From positions 526,157 through 590,156 of the forward strand of contig CAVTYE010000002.1 of assembly GCA_963738925.1 (NCBI GenBank): DNA of 64,000 nt, read 5' to 3'. A program made the translations under genes and the position numbers. Shown in pieces: positions 1 to 8,351 of this stretch (position 1 is the first letter of the stretch; every line of letters starts with the position of its first letter). Source of the DNA: an uncultured Chloroflexia bacterium. GTDB lineage: Bacteria; Chloroflexota; Dehalococcoidia; SM23-28-2; RBG-16-64-32. The notes under the pieces were generated by a model. The model saw nothing but the letters and a program-made list of their open reading frames with translations, did not search any database and had not been told where the DNA came from.

Positions 1-1
1 G

Positions 2-385
2 CGGATGATCAGCTTCGGCTCCATCATCGGCACCCCGGACGACGCCATCACTTCGATCAAGCGGCTGCAGGAGATCTCCGGCGGCTTCGGCTGCATCCTG
101 ACCCTGGGCCACGAGTGGGCGAGCTGGGAGCGGACCATGCACAGCTACGAGCTGCTGGCGCGCTACGTGATGCCGCAGTTCCAGGACACGCTGACCTGGA
201 TCGACCGCTCCATCGAATGGTCGCAGGAGAACCAGGGCAAGCTGATCATGGGCGCCAAGACGGCGGTGCTGAAGGCGATTACCGAGAACCCCACGGCCAC
301 GGCACAGCTTTCGAAGACCGTCCTGCCGGGAACGGAGCCTGCGGCCAAAGTCCTGACAGACGAAGCCAAGGCCAAAGTCGACTAG
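2..385 (+). CDS. LLM-class (luciferase-like) flavin-dependent oxidoreductase, C-terminal fragment; the 5' end lies outside the window
   Basis: ORF track 5..385, with the frame open to the window edge. The tail GTPDDAITSIKRLQEISGGFGCILTLGHEWASWERTMHSYELLARYVMPQF is typical of luciferase-like monooxygenase C-termini. Confidence 0.6.
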   Translation, partial: RMISFGSIIGTPDDAITSIKRLQEISGGFGCILTLGHEWASWERTMHSYELLARYVMPQFQDTLTWIDRSIEWSQENQGKLIMGAKTAVLKAITENPTATAQLSKTVLPGTEPAAKVLTDEAKAKVD

Positions 386-423
386 GCTGGTGCGTTCGCC
401 CGACCGCTGAGAGTTCGCGCCGG

Positions 424-1323
424 TCAGGATTCCGAGGAGCGGCGCTGGACGTCTTCCAGGAACTTCTCCAGCTCCGGCGAAAGCTGGGCGGTGGGCTCCG
501 GATCGATCGTCGGTTGCAGGCGCGCCTCCATGTCGTAGGCCTGCTCCAGCTCCTTCAGCCAGACCTGTAGGCGCGCGTCCTCGGAAGCCGTTTCGTCCAG
601 GGCCTGGCGCTGGCGTTCGGCCTCTTCGTGCACCGGCTCGAGGTCCAGGCGGAAGCCGTACAGCCCGCTGAGCAAGCCCAGCAGCGCCTCCAGCCCCATG
701 TAGTCGCGCTCCACCTGGGCGTAGGCGGGGAGCTGCAGGATCATCGTCGTCGTGTCGATACCCTGCTTCGGCACGGAGGTGCCGAGCACGGCCAGGATCG
801 TCGTTGGTCCTTCGTAGGTGCTTTCGCGGACGCCGTTGCTGAAGAGGCGCTTGCGGACGTCTTCGTTGCTGGAGCTGCCGCTGGCCACCGGCCGCCGCGT
901 GTGCGGCACCGGCGCGTACATCGACCCGATCATGATGTACTCGCGGATGCCGAGCCGGGTCACGACTTCGATCAGGCCGTCGACGAACTCGTCGCCGTTG
1001 TTGTGCGGCTCCAGGCTGTGCATGAAGACCCAGTCGTGGGACTCGGTGCCGAGCGCGTAGTGCAAACGCGCGTTGGGGATCGTGACCCGCCGCTCGCCGC
1101 CCTCGCGGGAGATCATCGGCCGGTAGCGGGTGAAGTCGAAGAAGCGGCCCGGCCTCGTCAGGTGCCCCAGCGGCTGCGCGCCCAGCGCCTCGCCGAGGAA
1201 GGCCAGCGCCATCGTTCCGACGGACCCCACGTCGATCCAGGGCTGCAAGGTCACGAGCATTCGCGGCTCCCGCAGCGCCGGCAGGGGAGAGATCAGCTCG
1301 AAGGGTCCGATCTGCGTTGTCAC
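424..1323 (-). CDS. PAC2 (proteasome assembly chaperone 2-like) family protein
   Basis: 299-aa ORF. The N-terminal LQPWIDVGSVG segment, a central Rossmann-like region and an acidic coiled C-terminal tail fit bacterial PAC2-family proteins. Confidence 0.65.
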   Translation of the reverse strand: MTTQIGPFELISPLPALREPRMLVTLQPWIDVGSVGTMALAFLGEALGAQPLGHLTRPGRFFDFTRYRPMISREGGERRVTIPNARLHYALGTESHDWVFMHSLEPHNNGDEFVDGLIEVVTRLGIREYIMIGSMYAPVPHTRRPVASGSSSNEDVRKRLFSNGVRESTYEGPTTILAVLGTSVPKQGIDTTTMILQLPAYAQVERDYMGLEALLGLLSGLYGFRLDLEPVHEEAERQRQALDETASEDARLQVWLKELEQAYDMEARLQPTIDPEPTAQLSPELEKFLEDVQRRSSES

Positions 1324-1381
1324 GTGGCCATTGTATCAGCGGGGCCCAAACCGGCTGCTGAGTGGGCGGCGGCGCGGCAGA

Positions 1382-2302
1382 TTACGATTCGGTCACAGAT
1401 GGCCGCGCGGAGCGCACGTGCGTCCGGGCGTAGCCTAGCATCAGCACCAGCATCACCGCGCAGAGCGCCGGCGTCACCGCCACGCCTTCGCGCGGGCCGG
1501 CCGAGGCCAGCACCGCGCCCTGGATGACAGGGAAGACCAGCGCACCGGCGTTCCCCACCGTCACCATCGCCGCCGTAGTGCTGGTGGTGCCTTCGTGGGC
1601 GCCGACGGCGATCGAGAGCGGCCAGATCGGCCCGAAGGCGAGGCCGGTCACGAAAGCCGCCGCAAACGCTACCGCCAGCACGTCGCCGAAGAGCGCCAGC
1701 ACCAGGCCCGACGTCCCGGCCGCCGCGATCGCCAGGCCCAGCAGCCGCAGCGGCTCGTGCGTCGCCAACAGCCGTCCGGTGGCGATCCGGCCCACGGCCA
1801 GCGCCCCCCAGTAGCCGCAGGTCACCAGCGCCCCGGCCATGATCCCGGCGTCGGCGGCGCGCTCCGTGTACGACGAGACCCAGGCGCCGAGCCCGATCTC
1901 CGCGCCGACGTAGCAAAACAGCACCAGGCTCATCACCACGACCGACCTCTTGAGCGAGATCACGAGGTGCTCCGCGCCCGCGCCGCCGGCCCTCGGGGTG
2001 CGCCAGCAGAAGGCCGCCGCGGCCAGCACCGCCGCCGCCAGCCCGGCGTAGACCAGCGTCGTGTCGTGGGTCGCCTCCAGCGCTGCGCCGGCCCAGAGCG
2101 GCCCGACGATCGCGCCGATCGCGAACCAGACGTTGAGCCGGTTGATCGCGGCGGGCACGTCGTCGGCCGTGATCGTGACGAGCGAGTGCGTCGCGGCGAC
2201 GACAAGCCCATCGCCGGTGCCCAGCAGGACCGCCGCGGCCAGCACCAGCGCCAGCGAGCCCGCGACGGACAGCGCGGCCAGCCCGGAGGCCGCCAGCGCC
2301 AA
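1382..2302 (-). CDS. MFS transporter; the N-terminus probably extends to ATG 2550 across a 1-nt frame break
   Basis: Highly hydrophobic multi-TM ORF. The gene frame stays open and MFS-like upstream of TTG 2302 (AFLGLFCCGLWVTSFGPALPFIARETGVGLG) but contains no canonical start. See the finding at 2303-2550. Confidence 0.75.
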   Translation of the reverse strand: MALAASGLAALSVAGSLALVLAAAVLLGTGDGLVVAATHSLVTITADDVPAAINRLNVWFAIGAIVGPLWAGAALEATHDTTLVYAGLAAAVLAAAAFCWRTPRAGGAGAEHLVISLKRSVVVMSLVLFCYVGAEIGLGAWVSSYTERAADAGIMAGALVTCGYWGALAVGRIATGRLLATHEPLRLLGLAIAAAGTSGLVLALFGDVLAVAFAAAFVTGLAFGPIWPLSIAVGAHEGTTSTTAAMVTVGNAGALVFPVIQGAVLASAGPREGVAVTPALCAVMLVLMLGYARTHVRSARPSVTES

Positions 2303-2555
2303 CCCCAGCGCGATCAGCAGCCGCGAGTCGATGTGGCCGAGGCGGACGGAGACGACGGCGGAGGCGCTGATGGACCCGGCGGCGACGGCGGTGAGGACGA
2401 ACCCGGCCGTCCCCAGCCCGACCCCCGTCTCCCGCGCGATGAACGGCAGCGCCGGCCCGAACGAGGTGACCCACAGCCCGCAGCAAAACAGCCCGAGAAA
2501 CGCGGACGCCTGCGCGCGGGCGACGTCGCGCGAGGTGAGGGGGAGGTCATGATGG

Positions 2556-2590
2556 GAGGGTCGAGGGTCAGGGGTTGAGGGTCAAGGGGG
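2556..2590. repeat. Tandem heptamer array, consensus GAGGGTC, about 5 units
   Basis: Read directly as GAGGGTC GAGGGTC AGGGGTT GAGGGTC AAGGGGG. It lies 6 nt upstream of the ATG at 2550 on the minus strand. Confidence 0.7.
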
Positions 2591-3365
2591 ACGGTGCGGC
2601 CCTAGATCCATCCGGATAATGGTAAGATTGGCTGCATCACGTTAGAAAGGCCTGGTCAGGAAATACGGTTGGATTCAAGCGAGCCCGACGCCACATGGCG
2701 GAAAACGAACGCCATCAATCGCCCGCATGTGGCGCGGCAGCCATATGCGAAATTTGGTACGGAGGTGCGAGAGTCAAGGGAAATGGCATACAGCTGCCAT
2801 CTCGAATGGCCGGATCCAATGATCGCAATGATGTTGGGCGACTTCATGCAGAATCTCCGGAGCGCTTTTCGATCATGTCGCCGTGCCTGTTCGACGAAGA
2901 GGTACAGAAATTCGGTGAGTTCTCCAATCACGGCGCGAGACTTGCCGCACTGGATGACATGGGCAGGTTCTTGGACCCAGATCAAAGTGCGCGAGACGCT
3001 CACCTCCTGCGATCAAAGGAATGAGGTTTGAGGCCAGGATGATCGTTGCTCTGTCACAGCCTCACCGGCGTTCCCCGCGCGGCGACATCCTCCGCATATT
3101 GGCGACTCTCAACAACGCTGATAAGCTAGAAGCCTCATCGTCGTAGCTGCGGGCCAGGGGAGCAACAATTCAAACGAAGATCAGGGGCGATCGCCACTCG
3201 ACGCACAAGCTGGGACCGAACGAATTCTAATTCATGACGGGCAGAACGTCTTCAGTGTTACGGTGGATAACCCTGTCACCTTGGCCGCAGACGTTCTGGT
3301 CGAATGCACAGGCTTCGATCGATGAGCGTGGACGTGAGTCAGCCAGAGGAGAAGGGCACGTTGCC

Positions 3366-4718
3366 TTATCCGATCAACCCACAATGTTGAAGGCACTTAG
3401 CAACGATGAGGTTCTTCTCAAAACACCGGAGAGGTCGCGATATCCCGTTAGATGGGCATGTAAGCGTTCCTACGATCCCTACCAACCCACCTGAAGCTCC
3501 GCCAAGCCGCGGATCGTGATCTGGTTCTTGTAGCGCAGCTCCGTTCGACTCCAGGCGGAGCTTCGGGAAGCGCTGGGTTAGCGAGCGCAGGGCGATCTGG
3601 CCTTCCAGGCGGGCCAGCGGGGCGCCCAGGCAGAAGTGGATGCCGTAGCCGAAAGCGATGTGGTTGGTCGCCCCGCGCGTCACGTCGAAGCGGGAAGGGT
3701 CCGGGAACACCGAGGGGTCGCGGTTGGCCGCGCCGATCAGCTGCATCACGAACTCGCCGGGGTTCACCGTCACGCCGGCGACCTCCGCCGTCTCCACGCA
3801 GATCCGCCCGTCGAACTGCACCGGCGGGTCGTAGCGCAGCACCTCCTCGACGACCGTCGGCGCCAGGCCGGGATCGGCCCGGAACTTCGCCAGCTCATCG
3901 GGGTGCTGCAGCAGCTGCAGGATGCCGTTGCCGATCAGGTTCACAGTCGTCTCGTGCCCGGCGATCAGGAGCAGCGTGCAGGTGGAGAGCAGCTCGCCCT
4001 CGCTCAGCTTGTCGCCTTCCTCTTCGGCCGCCAGCAGCGCCGAGATGAGGTCGTTGCCCGGAGACTTGCGCCGCGTCGCCGCCAGCTCGCGGAAGTAGGA
4101 GCGCGAGTCCTGGACGGCCTTCTGGCGCCGCTCGATGACCTCGGCCGGCTCGCCGATGCCCGGGTCCAGCGACTTGGCCAGCTCCTCGGACCAGCCGCCG
4201 AAGACAGGTTGGTCCTCCTTCGGCACGCCGAGCATCTCGCAGATCACGGCCACCGGCAGCGGGTACGACAGCTCGGCGATCGCGTCCATCGAGCCTTTCT
4301 CGGCGACCTTGTCCAGCAGCTCATCGACGATCTCCTGCACGCGCGGCCGCATCGAATCGACGGCCTTGGCGCTGAAGGCGTGGTTGACCAGGCGGCGCAG
4401 GCGGGTGTGGTCCGGCGGGTCGATGAAGAGGAACGGCCGGTCCTCGTCGGTGATGCCCGCGGACGGATCCGGAGCGCCTTCTCGCATTCCAAACGATTCG
4501 CCGATCGGCTGATAGAGCGGCGACTTGCGATCGTCGCTGCTGAAGCGCTTGACGTCTCGCAGGATGGCCAGGCAATCGGCGTGGCGGGCGAAGGCCTTGA
4601 CCCCGAAGGGAGTCGTGTGCACGGGGTCCTCGGCGAGGATGCGCTCCAGTATGGGGTAAGGATTGGCGCGAAACGCCGGGTCCAGCGGGTTGAAGACGAT
4701 CGGCTGTGTCGTTGTCAT
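3366..4718 (-). CDS. Cytochrome P450; the 3' end is frame-shifted and the canonical stop is probably at 3479-3481
   Basis: It has the FGYGIHFCLGAPLA heme-Cys loop, an EVLRY (ExxR) motif and an AGHETT I-helix. After RFPKLRLESNG the ORF frame becomes non-P450-like and runs into low-GC DNA. The adjacent frame reads LRYKNQITIRGLAELQVGW followed by a stop. Confidence 0.9.
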   Translation of the reverse strand: MTTTQPIVFNPLDPAFRANPYPILERILAEDPVHTTPFGVKAFARHADCLAILRDVKRFSSDDRKSPLYQPIGESFGMREGAPDPSAGITDEDRPFLFIDPPDHTRLRRLVNHAFSAKAVDSMRPRVQEIVDELLDKVAEKGSMDAIAELSYPLPVAVICEMLGVPKEDQPVFGGWSEELAKSLDPGIGEPAEVIERRQKAVQDSRSYFRELAATRRKSPGNDLISALLAAEEEGDKLSEGELLSTCTLLLIAGHETTVNLIGNGILQLLQHPDELAKFRADPGLAPTVVEEVLRYDPPVQFDGRICVETAEVAGVTVNPGEFVMQLIGAANRDPSVFPDPSRFDVTRGATNHIAFGYGIHFCLGAPLARLEGQIALRSLTQRFPKLRLESNGAALQEPDHDPRLGGASGGLVGIVGTLTCPSNGISRPLRCFEKNLIVAKCLQHCGLIG

Positions 4719-4856
4719 GCGATAACTCCTAGATTGCGCCGTTCCGCGAAGGATTATCGCACGCGGCCGTGGGGGCCGGTAATGTGACGCAGATCACTCG
4801 CCACGCCGGCGTTCGACATACGACAAACGTCTAATCGCACCCAGTCTTCCCGCACA

Positions 4857-5058
4857 CTCGAATGTTGGTTTGTGGACGGTGTGGAGAAAGGGATTGGCAG
4901 GCCGCGGCGTCTGCGCAATGATGCCCTCAGCTTCTCGAAACGACCCGCTGAGACGTAAGGCTCGACGGACTTCCAGGACCTGAAGGGCAACCCGAGGATC
5001 CCGCGGAGACCAGAGCGCCGGACGGCCCCAGCGGCCACGCCGGGAGGCTTTTTTTTTG
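4857..5058 (+). repeat. Copy A of a diverged ~200-bp direct repeat (candidate structured RNA)
   Basis: It shares blocks with copy B: CTCG(C)AATGTTNGTTTGTGGACGNTGTGGA, CCTCAGCTTCTCGAA, GAAGGGCAACC, GGATCCCG and GGGARGCT followed by a T-run. It lies in the 716-bp divergent spacer between the P450 and nadC. Confidence 0.6.
5018..5057 (+). terminator. Intrinsic-terminator-like hairpin plus T9 at the end of repeat copy A
   Basis: The sequence is CCGG-AC-GGCC-CCAGC-GGCC-ACG-CCGG, then GAGGC and TTTTTTTTT. No annotated plus-strand gene lies upstream. Confidence 0.5.
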
Positions 5059-5163
5059 CCCTGATGCCGCAGGCGTAGCGTCCGTCCCGGCAAAGTGATC
5101 CCAAACCATTCCGGGACACAGCCAGACGCCCCGCCCAGCGCCCTCGCACCTCGCACCTCACAT

Positions 5164-5362
5164 CTCGCAATGTTCGTTTGTGGACGATGTGGACAACCCT
5201 GTTGCCACGCTCCAGGTGGCAGGCGAATATGACCTCAGCTTCTCGAACCGAGTCGCGGCGACTTTGGGAGAAGGGACTGGCGGGAGCCGAAGGGCAACCT
5301 GAAGCGACACCCAGACCTGGATCCCGGACGAGCGTGGCTCATCTCGGGAAGCTATTTCTTTG
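5164..5362 (+). repeat. Copy B of the diverged ~200-bp direct repeat; it ends in a hairpin (5323-5348) plus a U-rich tract about 73 nt upstream of nadC
   Basis: It shares the conserved blocks of copy A. The terminal hairpin is CCCGG-AC-GAGC-GTG-GCTC-AT-CTCGGG followed by AAGCTATTTCTTTG. The inner stem differs from copy A in a compensatory way (GGCC/GGCC versus GAGC/GCTC). Confidence 0.6.
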
Positions 5363-5364
5363 TA

Positions 5365-5392
5365 GTGGACAGTTGACAGGGGACAGTGGACA
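5365..5392. repeat. Tandem heptamer array, consensus GTGGACA, 4 units
   Basis: Read directly as GTGGACA GTTGACA GGGGACA GTGGACA, 43-70 nt upstream of the nadC ATG. The same array recurs at 21614-21641. Confidence 0.7.
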
Positions 5393-5434
5393 GACGCGGT
5401 CGCACCACCCCGACCGTTCTGAGAGAATCGGGGC

Positions 5435-6295
5435 ATGAGCACTGATCTCGACCCAGCGCTGGTTCGCCGGCTGGTGGAAGCCGCGCTGGCCGAGGACAGG
5501 GCCGATCGTGACATAACAACGCTGGCGCTGGTGCCACCTGACCAATCGGGACGCGCGAAGCTCGTCGCAAAAGAACAGGGCGTCATTTGCGGCCTCGCCT
5601 TCGCCGAGTTTGCTGTCGCCGCCGTAGACTCCGGGTTGCGCTGGAAGGCAGAGGCCAGGGACGGCGAATCGATCGTGCCGGGGCAGGTCGTCGGCCGCAT
5701 CACGGGTTCGTTGTCGGGCATCCTCCGCGGTGAGCGGGTGGCGCTCAACTTCGTGAGCCACCTGAGCGGCGTGGCTACGGCGGCCAACAACATCGCGCGC
5801 CTGCTGGAAGGGACCGGCTGCCGGCTCCGGGACACTCGCAAGACCACGCCGGGCCTGCGCGCGGCGGAGAAGTACGCCACGCGCATGGGCGGTGCGACGA
5901 ACCACCGCCATGACCTGGCCGACGGGGTGCTGATCAAGGACAACCATATCGCCGCTGTGCGTTCCCGCGACCTGACCGTCGCCGACGCTGTGCGGCTGGC
6001 GCGGACCGCCGATCCGAGCGCCAGGATCGAGTGCGAGGTGACGAACCTGGACGAGGCTGCCGACGCGGCGGGCGCCGGCGCGGACGAGCTCCTGCTGGAC
6101 AACATGTCGCCGGCCGAGGTGCGCGAAGTGATCGGCGCGCTGGGATCGCCGCGGCCGCTGCTGGAGGCGTCCGGCGGCATCACCGCGGACAACGCGCGCG
6201 CCTACGCCGAGACCGGTGTCGACTACATCTCGATGGGTGAGATCACGCACTCCGCTCGGGCGCTGGACCTGAGTCTTCAGGTCGAGACGGACTAG
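5435..6295 (+). CDS. nadC: Nicotinate-nucleotide diphosphorylase (carboxylating), also called quinolinate phosphoribosyltransferase
   Basis: 286-aa ORF with the typical NadC length and motifs ([41 protein letters not shown]). Confidence 0.92.
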   Translation: MSTDLDPALVRRLVEAALAEDRADRDITTLALVPPDQSGRAKLVAKEQGVICGLAFAEFAVAAVDSGLRWKAEARDGESIVPGQVVGRITGSLSGILRGERVALNFVSHLSGVATAANNIARLLEGTGCRLRDTRKTTPGLRAAEKYATRMGGATNHRHDLADGVLIKDNHIAAVRSRDLTVADAVRLARTADPSARIECEVTNLDEAADAAGAGADELLLDNMSPAEVREVIGALGSPRPLLEASGGITADNARAYAETGVDYISMGEITHSARALDLSLQVETD

Positions 6296-6759
6296 GCCTG
6301 GCGACGCGGCCGGTCTAGAGCGCCGGAGTCGAGGACGATCGTCACCGGGCCATCGTTGAGCAGCTCCACGTCCATGTGGGCGCCGAAGCGACCGGACTGT
6401 GTGGCCACGCCGAGACCGCGCAGGCGCTCCGCGAACGCCGCGACCAGCGGCTCGGCGAGCTCCGGAGCCGCTGCCTGGACGAAGCTGGGGCGGCGGCCCT
6501 TGCGCACGTCGGCCAGGAGCGTGAACTGGCTCACCACCAGCGCCTCGCCCCCAACTTCGACGAGCGAACGGTTGAACTTGCCTTCGTCGTCGTTGAAGAT
6601 GCGCATCTCCGCGCACTTCGTGGCCAGCCGTTGCGCCTCGGCCGCGTCGTCGCCCTCTTCGATCCCCACCAACAACAGGAGCCCGGCGCCGATGGAGGCG
6701 ACGAGCTCGCCGTCGACTGTCACAGAAGCACGCTGGACCCGCTGAAGAACGACTCGCAC
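6292..6759 (-). CDS. dtd: D-aminoacyl-tRNA deacylase
   Basis: 155-aa ORF. It has MRVVLQRV at the N-terminus, SQFTL and NDGPVT motifs, and the canonical Dtd length. Confidence 0.92.
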   Translation of the reverse strand: MRVVLQRVQRASVTVDGELVASIGAGLLLLVGIEEGDDAAEAQRLATKCAEMRIFNDDEGKFNRSLVEVGGEALVVSQFTLLADVRKGRRPSFVQAAAPELAEPLVAAFAERLRGLGVATQSGRFGAHMDVELLNDGPVTIVLDSGALDRPRRQA

Positions 6760-6780
6760 GGAAAGCGGAGCGCTGAGCGG

Positions 6781-7128
6781 TTAGTCCGCCGCCGCCTCGG
6801 ACTTCGAAGCCTTGGCCTTGGCCGGCTTGTCGTGGCTGTGACCGCCGGGGCCGTGGGAGTGGCCGTTGTCACTCTTGGCCGTCGCCTCCGGTGTGGAGGA
6901 CGGCGCGTCAGAAGAGTCGGAAGAAGACGGGCTGTTGGAGAGCGCCCCGGAGGAGCGGCGATTGTCGGTGCTGTAGAAGCCGCTGCCCTTGAAGATCACC
7001 GCCGGGTTGCTGATCATCCGGCGGGCGCGGGCGCTGCACTTGATGCACTTCTGCTGCGTCGGCGCTGAAAAGCTCTGCTGGAGCTCGAACTCGTGGCCCT
7101 TGCTGCAGCGGTATTCGTATACGGGCAA
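6781..7128 (-). CDS. FmdB-family zinc-ribbon protein with a Ser/Ala/His-rich tail
   Basis: MPVYEYRCSKGHEFE...KCIKC is the CxxC_CxxC_SSSS zinc-ribbon signature, followed by a low-complexity C-terminus. Confidence 0.8.
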   Translation of the reverse strand: MPVYEYRCSKGHEFELQQSFSAPTQQKCIKCSARARRMISNPAVIFKGSGFYSTDNRRSSGALSNSPSSSDSSDAPSSTPEATAKSDNGHSHGPGGHSHDKPAKAKASKSEAAAD

Positions 7129-7280
7129 AGTGATGCTACCCTCCTGATGGGATGAGAATAGTTTAGCAGATGCTTAGCGGCATCGAGAGGGCGTGACAAC
7201 CAGCCCGGCGGCGTTGTTCCCAGTTGGCCATCCCGTCCCGTATACTATTCGTTCGGACACTGAAAAAGGAGCGAGAGTTT

Positions 7281-8333
7281 TTGGCTACACCTATATCGAT
7301 GAAGTCCCTGCTGGAAGCGGGCGTCCATTTCGGGCACCAGACACGGCGCTGGAACCCGAAGATGCGCAAGTTCATTTTTACCGAGCGCAACGGCATCCAC
7401 ATCCTTGACCTGCAGCAGACGGTGGGTCTGCTCGACGCCGCCTGCGACTTCCTGCGGGATCTGGTGGCGGAGGGCGGGACCGTGCTCTTCGTCGGCACCA
7501 AGCGCCAGGCCCAGGAGGCGATCCAGACTGAGGCCCAGCGCTGCGGCATGCCGTACGTCACCACCCGCTGGCTCGGCGGCACCCTGACCAACTTCCAGAC
7601 CATCCAGGCGCGCATCGACTACCTGGTGCGGATGGAGGACTCACGGGCCCGCGGCGAATTCGAGAGCCTATCCAAGAAGGACCGCCTTCTCAAGGAAGAA
7701 GAGATCCTGCGGCTCAACCGCTACCTCGGCGGGATCAAGGAGATGACCGCGCTCCCCGCCGCCATCTTCATCGTCGATACGACGAAGGAAGACATCGCCG
7801 TGGCCGAGGCGCTGCGCATGGGCATCCCGATCGTCTCGCTCGTCGACACCAACTGCAACCCGGACGTCATCGACTACCCGATCCCCTCCAACGACGACGC
7901 CATCCGCGCGATCAAGCTAATCACCCTGAAGATGGCCGACGCCGTACTAGACGGACTCACCGCGCGTGAGTTCGCCCAGCAGGCCGCCCTCGAGGCCGAG
8001 GACGTCGAAGTCGGCGCTTACACAGAAACGGGCTACGTGGCATCGCCGGACGAGGTGTCGCCGGCGGACGTGCGCGCAGCCGAGGAGCAGGCCGCGGCAA
8101 CAGCAGCAGCCGAGCAAGCCGCCATCGAAGCGGCCGCGGCAGCAGAAGCCGCCGCCGCGGAGGCAGCCGCAGCGGCCGAGGCCGCGCCGGAAGCGACCGC
8201 CGAGCCCGCAACAGCTGAAGCGCCGGCCACATCGGCTGAAGAACCGGCTGCGGCGCCTGAGCCCGCCCCCGAAGCCGCCGCCGAACCCGCCCCAACCGAA
8301 GAGACGCCGCCCACCGAAGCGGCGTCCAGCTAA
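7281..8333 (+). CDS. rpsB: 30S ribosomal protein S2 with a roughly 90-aa Ala/Glu/Pro-rich C-terminal extension
   Basis: [24 protein letters not shown] is the canonical S2 N-terminus. I chose the in-frame TTG at 7281 because a GGAG lies 9 nt upstream and a TATACT box sits at 7241-7246. The ORF track begins at TTG 7224. Confidence 0.93.
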   Translation: MATPISMKSLLEAGVHFGHQTRRWNPKMRKFIFTERNGIHILDLQQTVGLLDAACDFLRDLVAEGGTVLFVGTKRQAQEAIQTEAQRCGMPYVTTRWLGGTLTNFQTIQARIDYLVRMEDSRARGEFESLSKKDRLLKEEEILRLNRYLGGIKEMTALPAAIFIVDTTKEDIAVAEALRMGIPIVSLVDTNCNPDVIDYPIPSNDDAIRAIKLITLKMADAVLDGLTAREFAQQAALEAEDVEVGAYTETGYVASPDEVSPADVRAAEEQAAATAAAEQAAIEAAAAAEAAAAEAAAAAEAAPEATAEPATAEAPATSAEEPAAAPEPAPEAAAEPAPTEETPPTEAASS

Positions 8334-8351
8334 TCCGGACCAGGAGAACCG

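Noticed and set aside
1320-2578. Long overlapping or antisense ORFs throughout the window. Examples: 1320..2486 (minus), 1595..2578 (plus), 5158..6192 (minus), 5339..6616 (minus), 10264..11874 (minus), 19940..21628 (plus), 23212..25077 (plus), 30085..31251 (plus), 36087..37583 (plus), 48550..49212 (minus).
   Set aside because: Their translations are Arg/Pro/Gly/Ala-rich and low in complexity, which is typical of stop-poor alternative frames in about 65% GC DNA. Each lies opposite or out of frame to a gene with clear family motifs.
2656-3494. Short ORFs in the low-GC island (2656..3003 minus, 2669..3031 plus, 2695..3024 plus, 3234..3494 plus) as candidate toxin-antitoxin or mobile-element genes.
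   Set aside because: I recognise no family motif. The ORFs overlap each other in several frames and lack convincing ribosome-binding sites, so I did not call them as features.
4857-5362. I considered whether the tandem elements upstream of nadC are the known NAD+ riboswitch (nadA motif), which also has two tandem domains.
   Set aside because: From memory, the nadA motif is about 100 nt in total with two ~50-nt domains and different conserved nucleotides. Here the units are ~200 nt, 307 nt apart, and I cannot match the consensus. I kept them as an unclassified candidate instead.
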